64,000 nucleotides of DNA from NCBI RefSeq assembly GCF_009834535.1, contig NC_045696.1, forward strand, positions 28,584,001 through 28,648,000, written 5' to 3'. The notes beneath the pieces are model-generated. The model was given only the letters and a program-made list of their open reading frames with translations. It was not told where the DNA came from and did not search any database. Positions 12,303 to 26,635 of this stretch are shown here, in pieces (position 1 is the first letter of the stretch; the number at the start of each line of letters is the position of its first letter). Both the position numbers and the translations under genes were made by a program. Origin of the DNA: Camelus ferus (lineage: Eukaryota).

Positions 12303-15194
12303 AAGCCATCAGGGTTGGACCTGTTGGCTCACTGGTACTCTTCTCATATGTGAGAGGAAGAGAAGATAAAGGGAACACCAGCAACAACCTCTTGCCTCTA
12401 AAGGTGGAGGGTTTTGAGCTGATGATGTGGAACTGTCCAATTTGCTTCAAAAATGTTTCTTAAAGTTTTTAGAAAAAGCACACAAAAAAATTAAAGAACA
12501 TATTTTCCTGCTTATTTAATTTTGTTCTGGCTTCTAATTGTTGTGTTATTCTTGTACAAAATTAACTACAAAAATGATATTTTTTTTAGGAGTTGGAAGG
12601 AAGTTGCTATTCTCAGAACACTTACTTGTTTTCTGTCACTGTTCCTCTTGAGAGTGACTAGCCCTTCACCTTAATTTGTCTGAGTCTTCTCTATTACCCT
12701 CACCAAACTTCTACTGAACATTATAAAATTCTGCAACATGTTGTGAATTTTAGTTTACATATTGTGTATCTTCATGGTTTAGCCATGTCACTAATTATGG
12801 AATATGAATTCTTCAAGTGTCCAAGCAGAATGAAGCGTCTGGGTCCACAGCAGGTTGGAGAAGATATTTGAGCTGCAGGGTGATGTGCTCACTCAGGGTT
12901 CAGACTAAATGCTTACAATAAGATCAGAATAGTATTGATTTATTTTTGCCTGTTTTTTAACATAAAAAATGTAAATAAATTATATTCATTTGTGTATGTG
13001 TTTTATTCACTATGTAGTTTATGTTTATCCAAGATATTCATGTTCTCCTTGTATCTTTCTCTCTCTCTCCCATACGCATACACAACCACAACCACACACA
13101 CACACACATTCCAGGCCTTCACAGCATCACATTGCTCACTGTCCTTGAAAAGATAAATGGATAACTTGTAACCATAATTATACATACTCACTGGTGTAAT
13201 GAAGAGAATTAGAAATGTGTACACAATAGCAGTGCAGGAGAGAGGAATCATAATTAGCAACTATTAATCTAATAGAGAGAAAAAGAGCCAGTTGAAATAA
13301 TTAACACATGCCACACAGAGGGATCGTTTATGATAAGGATGACTGAAAAGACAGCAGCATTACTTAGCTTTCTCCACCAGCAAAGAAAGCCAGAGAGAAA
13401 ACAAAATGCATCTTTAGTCCAGACAGCAGCCATCATGTTTACTGAGCTGAGGTGAAAGTAGCCTTTTTAGGAATCCATTTGGTAATTCTCCCTTAACCCC
13501 TGCCTTTACTAATAAAGAATCCCCTACGCTCTTGTCTTTTTCATAACATTTGGTCAGCAACACACTTAAAAGAAACACTCAAATTACATTTAAAATAACC
13601 TTTAGTTAAGAAAATATTTATCTCTGCATATAATTTGAAGAAATTAAAGAGTCATGCATTTGAGAGGCTCACATGTATTTGCTCGCTCTTTTGGCTTTGG
13701 TTTACTTCTAAAATATATATCCTAACTAAAAATATCACTACAAATAGTTTTAAATGGTCCATAGACAAGGCATGCAGACCTCAGTATTAACAGGGAGATT
13801 AAATCTATTCACACAGCCTACAAACAGGGGAAGAGAGTAGAAATGGTTAAAAAAGATCTCATATGGCTGAAAGAATAATCATTTGCTGCTGCTTTGACAT
13901 TCTCTTCACATCTAAGTAAGTAATTTAATTCTAATAAAATTCAGGCTGGTTTTGAGTGTATTTATTTCTAGTTTACTACTTTGAAGAAGAATTGAATGTA
14001 TAATGAAAAGTATGAGTAGGCTTGAGAAATGGATTATTAGAATAACTGTAACCTCACAAAGAAACAATCCATATGTCACTAGATAAAAAACAGTCAAATG
14101 TATCTTCAAAAATCTACTGCCTTTTAAATATTTTTTTTAATTGCATTGAAATGCCTAGTGGCCACGATGGGTATTTCCCACCAAGTCCTCAAGCTCATGT
14201 GATGCCTAGTGCTTTGTTTCCAAGAATCAATTTATAAATATTGAAAACTAAGAATACTAAGTTAAAAAATAAATATTTAATGTTGTTATCTGAAAACAAC
14301 TGTTAACCCTTATCTTCTCAGTAAGTAGACACCATTACTCATGACTTCTGTAAATATTTCATTACATGATATTGAAAAATTCAAACAGGATATGTGCTAT
14401 TATCTGCTTTGAAATGTCTGTTCATCTTTGGCTCCACGACCAATCACGAACTATTTTACAAGGGAAATTAAGAAAGGGCATCCAAAATCAGGATAACCTT
14501 CATATTTTGGGGTAAAATATATCTACTTTGTTAATGTTTATACTTCTTTTCTTATAACACCCCACCGATTTATTTACCTGTGTGTCTTGTCTTGAACTTC
14601 ACTATTGTACTTTTGTTCCACTGGTTTCAGTAACCCTTTGCTTAGATTATTTATTGTTATAGCCCCTTTCTCAGATTTTGCTTTTTCATCTTCATGAACA
14701 ATTGAATATTGAATTTAAATCCATGCAGGAAAAATAAAACGGATACTTTAAAATCGGACTGTGCATTTTATTACATGACTTCCCAATTAAAAAATTAAAA
14801 AGATGAAATACTCAATTAAGTTCTCTTTATCTCTCCCAGAAAGCCTAGCCTTTCATTTAAATTCTTGATACTCATCAATGTGAACGCTCTTCTCCAGAAA
14901 CACTGCACTGTTTGCAGTTTTCCTGCATAAAATCCACTGATTACAGCTTTGTTACATAGCTATTCTGTGTTCATCTGTGAAAATTCTACAGTTTCCTCAA
15001 CAACTAAATACTATTCATTCACAGAGACTTTTCTTACTCTATCCCAACACAATGTGATGAATTTCTACTCATCTCTTCCTAAAACAATTTTTCTGCATAA
15101 TCATTTTGAAACTTTGCTTTTTATTTACTTGTTATTCTTCTCCCATTTGCTTCCTTTTATCCCCTTTAAGAAAAACATAACATCGATGTTTTTT

Positions 15195-15460
15195 TGGAGA
15201 CATGGGCAAGCCCTTAGCCACTTTAGTCCTCAGTGTCTTATCTATAAAGCAGGATTCATAATAATGATTATAATTTATTGAACATTTCTTATAAGCTATA
15301 TACTGTAGTAGATGTATCCATTATCTCCTTTACTCTTTACAAATATCCTATAAAATATCATTATTTCTGTTTTGCAGTAAAAAATCTTCCCAAATTTTTG
15401 TTCAGGATTGAAACTTAGGTCTTTTTGACACCAAAGGTCCTAATATTAACTACTAGGTCA
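15195..15460. mobile_element. Two tail-to-tail MIR fragments
   Basis: gggcaagcccttagccactttagtcctcagtgtcttatctataaa (plus), followed by atttattgaacatttct...caggattgaaacttaggtct (minus). Confidence 0.55.
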
Positions 15461-15534
15461 CATATTCCTACCTATGTCATGGATTCTAAATTGAAATATA
15501 CATATAATAGATTCTGTATTAGACAATTATTATC

Positions 15535-16038
15535 TCTATTTTATTTATTTCCTCCCTAATTCTTATTATTTCTTTCCTTCTTCTGACTTTAAGTTTGTTT
15601 GTTCATCTTTCTCTAATTCTTTTAGGTGGTAGGTTAGGTTGTTTATTTGAGATTGATCTTGTTTTTTGAGGAAGGCCTGTATTGCTATGAACTTCCCTCT
15701 TAGGACTGTTTTTGCTGGATCCCATACATTTTGTGTGGTTGTGTTTTCATTGTTGTTTGTCTCAAAGCATTTTTAAATTTCTTCTTTGACTTCATCCTTG
15801 ACCCATTGGCTTTTTAGTAGCATGTTGCCTAGTCTCCATGCCATTGTTTTTTTCTCATTTGTTTTCCTGTGGTTGATTTCTAGTTTCATGTCATTGTGGT
15901 CAGAAAAGATGCTTGAAATAATTCCTATCCTCTTAGATTTGTTGAGGCTTCTTCTGTGCCCAAGTATGGGGTCTCTCCTAGAGAATATTCCATGTGCACT
16001 TGAAAAGAATATATATTCTATTTTGGGGTAGATGTAAT
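15535..16038 (-). mobile_element. Internal L1 ORF2 fragment (end of EN domain)
   Basis: Colinear with 55540-56017 of the full-length L1 (ttttttgaggaaggcctgtat..aacttccctctt; ccatgtgcacttgaaaagaat). No 3'UTR or A-tail. Confidence 0.9.
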
Positions 16039-16388
16039 GATTTTGTATTGCTTGAAACAGTCAACAAGTTTACTGATACAAATTCTCATATATACCTTAC
16101 ATGTAATTAAATGTAGGCAATAAATATCCCTGTAAAAGAGTTGCACTATAGTTATGGGCCCATCAGAGAATTGAGACAAACAGCGCAAACTGCCAAATCA
16201 CAATCTGGAGAATCAGGCGTATCCAGAGAGTTGAGAGGAGCTCATCTGAAGCAGAAACAATTGGCGTCATAAACAGGTAGGAACACCTTAGTGCAATTTT
16301 GATCGAATGCTGGGGCCTGAGTGTGAGCTTACTTGAGAGTGAGAAACCCCTAGGGGCTGCAATCTCGGTACAACCCCTCTCCTCTGCC

Positions 16389-16391
<3 letters not shown>

Positions 16392-16429
<38 letters not shown>
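16392..16429. repeat. (CA)n microsatellite
   Basis: About 19 uninterrupted AC units. Confidence 0.97.
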
Positions 16430-16431
<2 letters not shown>

Positions 16432-17699
16432 AATTCTGTGAGATTTCCCTCCAGGAACTTGATCAGATTCTTACAGTAGAGACTGAACAAGATCCCCTCC
16501 TGGATCTGAGGGGCAGGGAAACACATCCATTATGAAATACTGTCAGAGACACCTTCATAACTGAAGTCCACTCTCCAGGGGATGATGACTTTAAACCTTA
16601 TTCTGCCTGTGAAAAAGGGATACTTCTGGTTCCAGTCCTCTCTGACTTTTCTGAGTCACCTGAGGTGGGGTGCTGGGGCATAGGTAGCAGGAGATAGGGC
16701 TTCAATAAACCGATTGCAGATAGGGAAGGCGGTAAGGAACAGAGAAAAGATATTTATACAACTAAAAGAAGTCAGAAACAATAGTGAAAGTCACAGTCCT
16801 GAAATACAAGCTCACTAAAGGACTGAGACTTAATTGAAAGATTACAGAATGCTTCTTTCTCCATACCTTACCACTTCCTCACAAGGTTCTAGCATAATAA
16901 CACTGGATTGCAGCTGAAGGAGATGCAAGATGCAGGATCTCTCTGAGGAGCAACTTAACGAAGAGAAAGGAAAACCTAAAACTCTAGAGGAATTTGTAAC
17001 CTCTGACACCTATAAACACAGCAAATATTAAACACAGCCTGGCTCTTAACTAGATTAACATACAACTTCGTATTTAAGGCCTACTTATTTCAATCCTTAT
17101 TATAAACGAAATAAAATTATAATAGAGATAGAGCACTTTCTGGACATAAAACACATTCTACAAAAATAATAAAAAATCGTACAAAATAGGCGTTGAGGCC
17201 ACAAAAAATTTAAACAAAAAAATCAAAACATCAATATTAGAAATTGCAAAATGCCCAAATCTTTGAAAACTAAACAACACATTTCTAAATAGTCTAGTTA
17301 TCAAAGAAGTCTCTAGAGAAATTAAAAAATATTTTAAACTAAATGAAAAGGGGAAAAAAGCCTTTTCAATATTTGTAGGGTACAGTAAAAGAGCAATTAG
17401 AGAGATACACCATTGATGTATATATTGAAAATGAAGAATATATAAAATAACCTAGATTTCCATCATAGAAAATTATAGAAAGGTGATCATATTAAATCTA
17501 GAGTGAATAAAATTTGAAAGAGGACACTAATAGAGAAAATTAACAAAACCAAAAGTTGGCTCTTTGAAAAGATCAACAAAATTGACAAATCTCTATCCAG
17601 AATAACACTGATAAAAAGGGAAAAGATACAAATTGCCAATATCAGAAATAAAGTGATCATTTTTGATCCAATGGACATTAAAAATATAAAAAGAAAAAA

Positions 17700-17795
17700 A
17701 TACATATGTTTGTGTGTAACTGAATCACTGCTGTATACTTGAAATTAACACAACTTTGTAAATTAACTATACTTCAATAAAACAAACAAAAAAGG
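17700..17795 (+). mobile_element. Very short artiodactyl L1 3'-end insertion nested in the older L1
   Basis: taactgaatcactgctgtatacttgaaattaacacaactttgtaaattaactatacttcaataaaa is homologous to 23580-23640 and interrupts the ORF2 of the old L1. Confidence 0.75.
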
Positions 17796-20700
17796 GAAGT
17801 ACCATTTAAACAACTCTATATTCACAGATTTGATAACTTAGATGAAATGGACCAACTCTTTCAAAGACACATACTATCACCACTCACACAGAAAAAAATA
17901 AAGAACTTAGTTCTATATCTATTATAGAAATTGAATCAATAATTAATAACCATCAAATACAGAAAGCAACAGACCCAGATGGTTACAGTGGTGAATATAC
18001 CCAACATGTAGAAAATAATAGTACTAACTCTGCATAATATCATACAGAAAACATAAGTAGAGGGGACATTTCCCAACTGAGACCAGTTTACCTTAATACC
18101 AAACTCTAATAAAGACACTGAAAGAAAAAAGAAAGACTATAGACCAATATTTCTTATAAACTTATACAAAAAAAATCATTCACAAAATATTAGAAAACTG
18201 AACCCAGAAATATATAGATCAGGAAAGCAATCATGACCAATTGTGATTATTCTAGGAATGCAAGATTGATACATGACAAATTGAATAAGAGAAAAATTTT
18301 AATCATATCAATAGATACAGAAAAACATTTGAAAAGTTCTAATTTCAGACAGTCAAAATAAAACCTCTCAAAAAACAAGAAAGAAAAACTTTTGAAACTA
18401 ATAAAATAAATTAAAAAACATATGACTAACATAACATTTAATAGCGAGAGTGTATTTCCCTATAAGATTGGAAACAGAGCAAGGATATCCTCAAAGAATG
18501 ACCAAAAAAAAAAAAAAAAAAGAAGACCCAAAACAACTCCTGAAACTAAAAGCAAGTATAGCAAGTTAGCAGGCTACAGGATCTTTAAAAAGGTCAATTA
18601 TATACCTATAGGTCAGCAATGAACAACTGGAATTTGAAATAAAATATACCATTTGCAATAAAGTAGACTGCTATAGAAATAGTCTGAAAATACATATATT
18701 CAACTGAATCTTGACAAAGGTACAAGGGCAATTCAATGGTAAAAGCAGTCTTTTCAATAAACAGTGATGGAAAATGGAATATCAATATGCAAAAAATACT
18801 ATTTACTTACACAAAACTAGCTAAAAATAGATCATAGACCTGCACATAAAATGCACAAATATAAAATTTCTAGAAGAACATATATGAGAATATCCATAAC
18901 ATTAGGTTTCATAATGATTTTTTAGATAGAACACCAAAAGCATGCTTCATAAAGGCAAAAATTTAATAAATTACACTTTGAACATTAAAAACTTTACTCT
19001 GTGAAAGATACTGGTAAGAATGAAAACACATGGACTAGGATAAAATATTTTAAAATCACATGTATTATGAAAGACTTGTATTCAAAATACTTGAAGAACT
19101 CTTACAAGTAAGCGAATAATGCATTTAAAAACTGGGCAGGAGACCTGAGTGAATGTCTCATGAAAGAAGATATGCAGATGACAACATCTGAGAAGACGCT
19201 CAGAATCATTTGTCATTAGGAGAATGCAAATTAAAACAGTGAAGTTCTACTGCATAACTATTAGAATGGCTAAAATCCAAAAACAAAATCAAACTGACAA
19301 AATGAACTGCTAGCAAGAATGCAGAGCAACAAGATTCATTTTTCCAAGTGTTAAACATACACTTTGGAGAGATTTTTAAAAATTTCTTATAAAGTCCAAA
19401 ACAATCTTCCCATACAACCAGAAATCTTGCTCCAAGATATTTATTATCTTATTTGAAAGCACATGTCTACACAAAACCTTCATGAGGCAGCGTATAGAAC
19501 CTACTTTCATAATCAACAAAAACTGGAAGCCAGCAAATGTCCTTCAATAGGTGAGTGAATAATAAACTACAGTGCATTGCTACAATGTAATAATATTCAT
19601 CTAAAAAAGCAATGAGATGTCAAATCATGCAAAAGTATAGATGGATCTTAATCATATTGCAAAGTGGAAGAATCAGGCTAAAAAGGTTGCATTCTGCACA
19701 GTTACATGCCTTTCTGTAGATGTATAGAGTTGGCAAAGAGATCAATGTTAGATAGGAGTTTGGGAAGGAGAAAAGTGTTGAAGAGAAGAAATACCTGAAT
19801 TTTTAGGGAATTTAAACCATTTGGTCTGATTCTGTATTGATGGATAAATCTTGACACTATGCATTTGTCAAAACTCATAGACTTTTAACTCCAAGAGTAA
19901 ACTCAAATCTATGAAAATTTAAAAAAAAATAACTAATTTAAGAGGTCAGTGGATCCTAAAATGGAATTCAGACTCTGAAAAAAAGATCAAACTATATTAC
20001 AATGTATGAAATAACCTCACAAAAGTTGGAGTGGGGATACCTGACCCAAGTAACTTTGAAAATGAGTGGGGACTATAAGACTAAAAGCAAAGAAAACTGT
20101 GTATGAGCGCAGTGCTCTAGTTGATAAAATTATTTCCATAGTGTGTATGGGTTATACGTTCTGAAACCACTATACTTATGTACTGGAACTGAACATTCCA
20201 TTCCACCATACATTAATTACATGGGTAGCATATGACGGGAGCCAGGTTCCTCACTACTTGAGGAGGAGATTACAAGCAAAAAATGCGAGAAGGCTAGGAT
20301 GATCCCTGTGGTATTAGATGAGGGTTAGAGGCATCAATATGAACTTTCATGCTGGTTCAATAAAGATGCAGAAGACACACAGGGAAATACTAACAGGCAG
20401 GTACACACACAGGTTAGTATACACATTCATATGTCTGCTGACAGGGCCTAGAAGCCTTGAGACCCTAGTAGCAATGGACAGACCTCACACCCAGATATTG
20501 TTTCTACTATTTTCCAGTAAAAGGAACTAGGTCTTCTTGAAGAAAAGGCCTACTTTAGGGCTCAAAAAGGAAGTATACAAGACAAATCTGGACCATTTTC
20601 TAGTGCTGGAAAGTAAGAAACTGCTCAAAATATATACCACCAAGAAGGGACACAGGAAACACCTAATAGAGCCCCTAGTGGCCACAGCTGGAACAATTTT

Positions 20701-21480
20701 GAGCATCCAAACAAAGCAGTATTGGTTACAAGCCACAGGATGAAATAAATACCCATGAGTCCACACTGATGTGAATAAATCATGTAAAAGTTCAAATAAT
20801 TAGTGTGGATCCTCTGCTCTGAAAGAAATGGAACATAACTGCATGCTCCTTAAGTGTGGGCTGTGCTTTGGGACTTTGTTCCAATGAGTATAGTGTGTAA
20901 GGGTCTGGGGGAAGGGGTGCATTTACACTGGAGAAACTGTGGAGCACTGCCTTAGCCAGGCGCTCAAGGTTAGCACCAGCACTGGTAAGTCATGACGGCA
21001 TGTCCCTTGATATAACATGACGGAAATGGTACCTTATCTCTGTGATCTTCCTCTAAACACACACCTCTGCTGTACTCAGGAGAAAAATGTAGTGTGAACC
21101 CAAACTGAGGGACTATCCATAAAGTACCTGATCAGTATGTTTCAAAACTGTCAAGATTTTTAAAAACAAGAAAAGTCTGAGAAACTGTCACAGGCAAGAG
21201 GAGCTCATAGAGACATGGCAACTAAATGTCACTTGATATGATAAATGAGATTCTGGAGCAGGAAAAGCACATTACATAAAACTAAGGACATATGAGTAAA
21301 CTATGGACTTTAGTTAATGATAATCTATCAACTGCTTCAGTAATTGTGACACATTTATATTATTAATATAAGCTGTTAACCAAAGGGAAAGTGCATAGGA
21401 CATGTATGGGCATTTTCTGTACCATGTGTTCAACTTGTATGTAAATTTAAAACTATTCTAAACCCAAAAGTATATTTTAA

Positions 21481-21780
21481 AAATATGGGCAAATGATTTG
21501 ACTAGACTCTTCACTTAGGAAGACGTATGAATGGCAAACAAGTACAGGTTAAGGTTTCTCAGCTGTATTGGTCATTAAGAAAATATAATTAAAACCACAA
21601 TGAAAAACTACTACACACCTTTTGGAATGACTAAGATGAAAAAGAATGAACGTATCATCTAACGGTGAGGAAGTGGAGGAGCCAGAGCTGGTGGAATCTA
21701 AGATTGCACAACTTGGAAAGTAGTTTGGAATTCTCTTAAAAGTTAATCATTCATGATCCAACCATCCCATTCTTAGGTAT
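21481..21780 (+). mobile_element. Ancient L1 ORF2 3' fragment
   Basis: aatatgggcaaatgatttga...aattaaaaccacaatga...tgatccaaccatcccattcttaggtatt are decayed L1 C-terminal motifs. Confidence 0.7.
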
Positions 21781-23255
21781 TCACTCTGTCTCTGCTTTTT
21801 TACAACCAGTTTGGGATAACCAGTTAATAATTCGGAAATCTCTCTCTCTCTGTATTCTCTCTCTCTCTCTCTGCCCTACTCTATACAATTTAAGCAGTTA
21901 TGCTAAAAAAAATTATTATTCAATACAAATGAATTTATGTTTGTTAAGAGAACAGTATATTAATATTACTTTCAAATTTAAGCCTATGATTCTTTCAGGA
22001 AGATGCAGATATTGGATATGAAGCCAGAAGACATATTAGAGATTATCGAGTAAACCGCTCTCTCTTTAAAAGTAGGGTTACTTAGAGAAAAGAATATTTA
22101 AATAGTCTGTCCTATTGATTTTTGTCCTATTTATCAAATGATTTTTAACTCTAATCTTATGTGTCGCTACCGCTCACAGAGTAAGCTAAAACTCTTATTT
22201 TCAGTAGAGACAGGAGGAGAGAGGAGTAAGCAGTGAGAAGAAACTGGTATTTTGAAAGGACCTCATCTTGGAAACTGATGAGGACCTTTTGGTGCATATT
22301 TAGACTATTTAACATTTTTTACAGATGTACTTACAATACAACCTTGTTACATGGCTCTTTATTTACATATGCAAGTCTTTTTTTTTTTTTGAGAGAAATA
22401 TTCCTAGAAAGAGAAGTTTAGTTTCATAGAAATGTGTATTTGTAACTACTAGATAAAGCCAAATTGGTTAATAAATTATTTTTCCCATTTAAACACACAA
22501 CAGAAGTGTATCAGAGTTTGTGGTCCCCATATTGGTCAACTTTGGTATAATTCTATACATAAATCTGAAACAAATTTAAAGATAACTATTGGCAAAACAT
22601 TAGAACAGGATTCATAGAAGAGAAAACTGCTCTAATTAAATACATTATGAAAAACTTCTAAATGTATTTAATTGTCAGGAATATGAATATATGATGGTGA
22701 GACACTTTCATATCCACCATATGTGAAAAATACAAAATATTAAATATAATTTTAAATGGTCAGTTTTTAAATATTTGTTGTTTAGGCAAATCAGCTGCAA
22801 ACTACATTAAAATACTGTGAAATTTAAATGTAAAATGCCATCTGAGTAAGTCCAAATCTTTTGATCTTGGGCAATTAATATTTCTCTGTCTCTGCTCCCA
22901 CCACTGAAAATGGAAATTTTAGTATCTATCTCATATTTTTGTGAGAACTAAATTTAAAAAAAGAATGTAAAAAGCTTGTGCAACACAGTTAGCAAAAAGT
23001 AAGTGTTTGCCAAGATTTTTACTACTATTGTAATTACTACTAAGAAATACAAATTCAATTAATAAAGATGTGAATATTGACCTTCTCTTCCAGCAATGGC
23101 AGTCCTGAAAAATGTTCTTATTGTGCTTCATCATAGAATCTTATTCAGGTAAAATTGACAATGGGCTGAAATGGTTGGATAAACAAAGAGGGCAGAAAAA
23201 AAATACTGATGCTGGCATAAATTCTTGCAGTTATTCAAAATAAGAACAGTAGACA

Positions 23256-23680
23256 AAGCTAGAAGGAGAAAGAAAAATACCACATGGTATCACTCACGTA
23301 TGGAATCTAAAAAGATGAGGCAAGTGAACGTATTTACAAAACAGAAACAGACTCACAGACCTAGAAAACAAACTTGTGGTTACCAGCAGGGAGGGGTGGG
23401 GGATGGAGGGATAAATTGGGAGTTTGGTATTTGCAGATACTAACTAATATATATAAAATAGATAAATAGCAAGGTCCCACTGTATAGCACAGGGAACTAT
23501 ATTCAGGACCTTGTAATGGCCTATAGTGAAAAAGTATATGGAAAGGAACATATGTATGTATAACTGAATTACTATGCTGCAACCAGAAATTAACACAATA
23601 TTGTAAACCAACCATAATTTAATCAAAAAGGAATTAATATAAAACAATGATAAAAAGGAATAATAAAAAAACAAAAAAAC
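23256..23680 (+). mobile_element. 5'-truncated artiodactyl L1 3' end
   Basis: ORF2 end (gagaaagaaaaataccacatggtatcactc..ggaatctaa), 3'UTR with a G-tract and ctgtatagcacagggaactatattca, then an A-rich tail. Confidence 0.9.
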
Positions 23681-23943
23681 AGTTGAGTAAATCATGTATG
23701 AATCTTTAAGTTGGAGCTTGGTTGGCCATCTTGATGATTATTACTTAATATGTTTCCTGCATATTATTAGAGTCTATGTCCTCGTTTTAAAATACTGCCT
23801 CCTAGAAAGCTATGGATCTTTGAGAAAGTAGTTATACTTCATCATAAATAAAGCCCCAAATTACTAAAAATTGAACAAAGACATTTGCTTCCTGTGTGTA
23901 GATATAAAGGCATGAGTATATGCATAGATAGTTTTACAAATTG

Positions 23944-24021
23944 ATGATAGATAGGTTGGTAGATAGATAAATAGATAGGTACTAGACAATAGATATATAG
24001 ATAAATACATACATACATAGA
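23944..24021. repeat. Degenerate (GATA)n/(CATA)n repeat
   Basis: gatagataggttggtagatagataaatagata...catacatacatag. Confidence 0.8.
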
Positions 24022-24059
24022 TTAAAGGAGTCAAGTAGCTCTTGAGAAGGAACAATGAT

Positions 24060-24325
24060 AATCACAATCTCATATGTGTTAATAGCTAAGATTTATAAAA
24101 TTATTACAATATTCCATACAGTATGCTAAGGTTTTATGTAACCTGTTTTAACTTAAACAACATAACAGCTCTGTGACAAAAATACTATTGGTTTCCCTTA
24201 TTTAGAAATGACTAAACTGAAGCATACAGAGATTAAATAACTTACCCAAGACCATAAACTATGAAAGTAGAGCCAGGATCATAACCCTGTTCGTTCAGCT
24301 TCCAAAGCATATGGTCTTAATTACA
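24060..24325 (-). mobile_element. MIR SINE
   Basis: aaactgaagcatacagagattaaataacttacccaagacc...agtagagccaggat. Confidence 0.7.
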
Positions 24326-25498
24326 TTTCATTTCTTAGTTGTACTAACAGGGATGGCTGAAAGATTTCCCATGTAATACTAAAACCAAATTTTTCAATTC
24401 TAAGATATTCAGGGTTTGGCCATAATATTTACATATCTTGGGGAATTTGTCCTTTTCTTTTAATAAATCAATAATCTTAAATTGGAAGGGCCAGATGGTG
24501 GAATTTAACCCTTAAACAACTTTGAAATTTCAAAAACAAATAAGAAAGAAGGAAGAGAGAAGGTAGGGATGGAGGGAGGAAGGAAGGAAAATAAAGTTTA
24601 AATGTCTCAATGTCTATCTGAACTACACATAAATATTCTGAATTCATTCTTTGTCCAATTAACTAGGATCAAAGAGAAAATAAATCAGACTTAATTTATT
24701 AACAATAGCAACCTTAAAATGGAATCAGAATTCATTGCAGCTAGAATTCTGTTGACAGATGTGCAAAAAGTGCAGAATATGTAACAGTTTCTCTGGATAT
24801 TGATGTTCTACTAAGTAAAACAAGGAGATTGACTTACATTATGTTTTCAGTTCTAATATCCTATAATTTTTTTCCCACACATCATGTTGGAGGTGGGAGG
24901 AAGGGAAGTAAGAGAGTGACACAAGGAATGTTAAGAAAATAAATGGACTAGTGAATCCATAATTATTTTCCTGACTACCACAGGGCATAATGAAGAATCA
25001 CTGTGATTTTACTATTCAGAAATTTCAATGCTTTCTGCTGTGCTGAGCATTAAGAAAAAAAAATACAAGTGCCAGTTCCTACATTTACAAATCTATACAG
25101 ACTAATTAGCAATTAAATGGAAATTTTAATAAATGCTATGAATCAAGCCTAATTGTATATTCTGTCAGCTAGCTCTGATGTGCAAAATGCCAATCCATAC
25201 TTTTCCTCTGTTACTCTGAATAATTGAGAATAAAGTGGGTGTGAATTGCATAACACTTCCTGAGTGCGTACTTCAAACAAAATCAAGGAAATTCACAACT
25301 TATTTGTTTACTATAAAAACATTAATCAATTTTACATTTTCATAGATATGAATATGAAACCAAGCAGTTGATAAAAATATGTCTTCTTCTGAATTATGTC
25401 ATAGTAAATTAAACACACTCTCTGAGAACAGAAAATAGTCTTCAACTATAATACGTTTATGTTCATGCTCCAGGCACCCTAGACTATAGCCCATGTGG

Positions 25499-25527
25499 TA
25501 GTAGTAGTAGTAATAATAATAATAATA
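25499..25527. repeat. (TAG)n(TAA)n compound trinucleotide repeat
   Basis: tagtagtagtagtaataataataataat. Confidence 0.9.
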
Positions 25528-26635
25528 TAAAAATACACTGAACATGATAGATTGTCCACTTGCATTCCATTTTGTACTGTATGGCAATATGAATCATGAG
25601 GACATATGATAAGCAAATAACACAATGACATTCTTTTATTTTTGGCTGTTAAATAATGTTCTACAGAAAAGAAATACTACTCTATCAAAAATGATGACAA
25701 TATTATACTAATACTCAACAATTAGGTCTTTTCTTTTTAATCCCAAGTATGTTCTTGAGACTAAGAATTTCAAAAGTAAGAGGATCTAGGGTATACTGTT
25801 TTATAAAACATGATTAATGTAAGTAACCTGGCTTAGTAGATAAGGCTTTGACTTGGAATCAAAAGAGAGAAGTTCAAACCCAAAACTCTCTAGCTTTATG
25901 CCCTCTGAATCTTTGAGCAAGCTGGTAAACGGAGGCTTAATGTCCTCATTGTCAAAGTCAGATTAACAATTTATACCTCAAAAGTAGTAGTAAGTATCCA
26001 TTAAAATATTTTCTAAACAAGTTTTAGGTTTTAAATCACAAAGCAAAAGTTAGCATGCTGAACCAGTACTTAATTGTGTAAAATACGTTGAAGTTAATTT
26101 AACCAATGAAATTAATGTATCTCATTGAGTCATAGGCAAGTGATACATAGTATTAGACATCATTTTAAAATTTCTACTGTAATGTCTATTTGTGGTTAAA
26201 TTTCTGATATGTCTGTCTATAACAAATGCATTTATAAATATTTAGAGTGGTTGAGGAATTCTGTTTACCCAAGTACAAAGATAATTGTACATTAATGACA
26301 ATTTTATAATATTAAAATTATGCTTGAGACATTTCGTATCTTCACATCCTGAATCCCTTTATATAAATTTAATCATGTAACTTACATAAGTTGGCCTCAG
26401 CAAATTTGTAAAATAGAGTTCCAGCTTTCTGTAGTTTTTTATTTTTTTAATTTCCACCTTTTAAGACAGAAACATTTCTGCCATTTTGGTGATTTTGATG
26501 ATTTCTTCTTTCATTACCAAAGACTTAGGCCATATCTTTAGCTTAAGCTTGTATAAGAAGACTAATAGTAGTATAGTTTATCATTCCACAGTATCATGAA
26601 ATTTTAACCTAAAATTTCCTGAACCATTGAAACGC

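Larger units (their letters stand above)
16120..21480 (+). mobile_element. Ancient L1 (L1MC/L1MD-like): putative 5' region, decayed ORF2 and long 3'UTR
   Basis: ORF2 homology at 17120-19700 (aaaagttggctctttgaaaagatcaacaaaattgacaaa; gacccagatggtt; atcatatcaatagatacagaaaa). L1MC/MD-type 3'UTR motifs at 19700-21480. The 5' assignment of 16120-17100 is less certain. Confidence 0.8.

Noticed and set aside
25399..25587. ORF with poly-Tyr tract
   Set aside because: It is a translation of the (TAG)n(TAA)n microsatellite.
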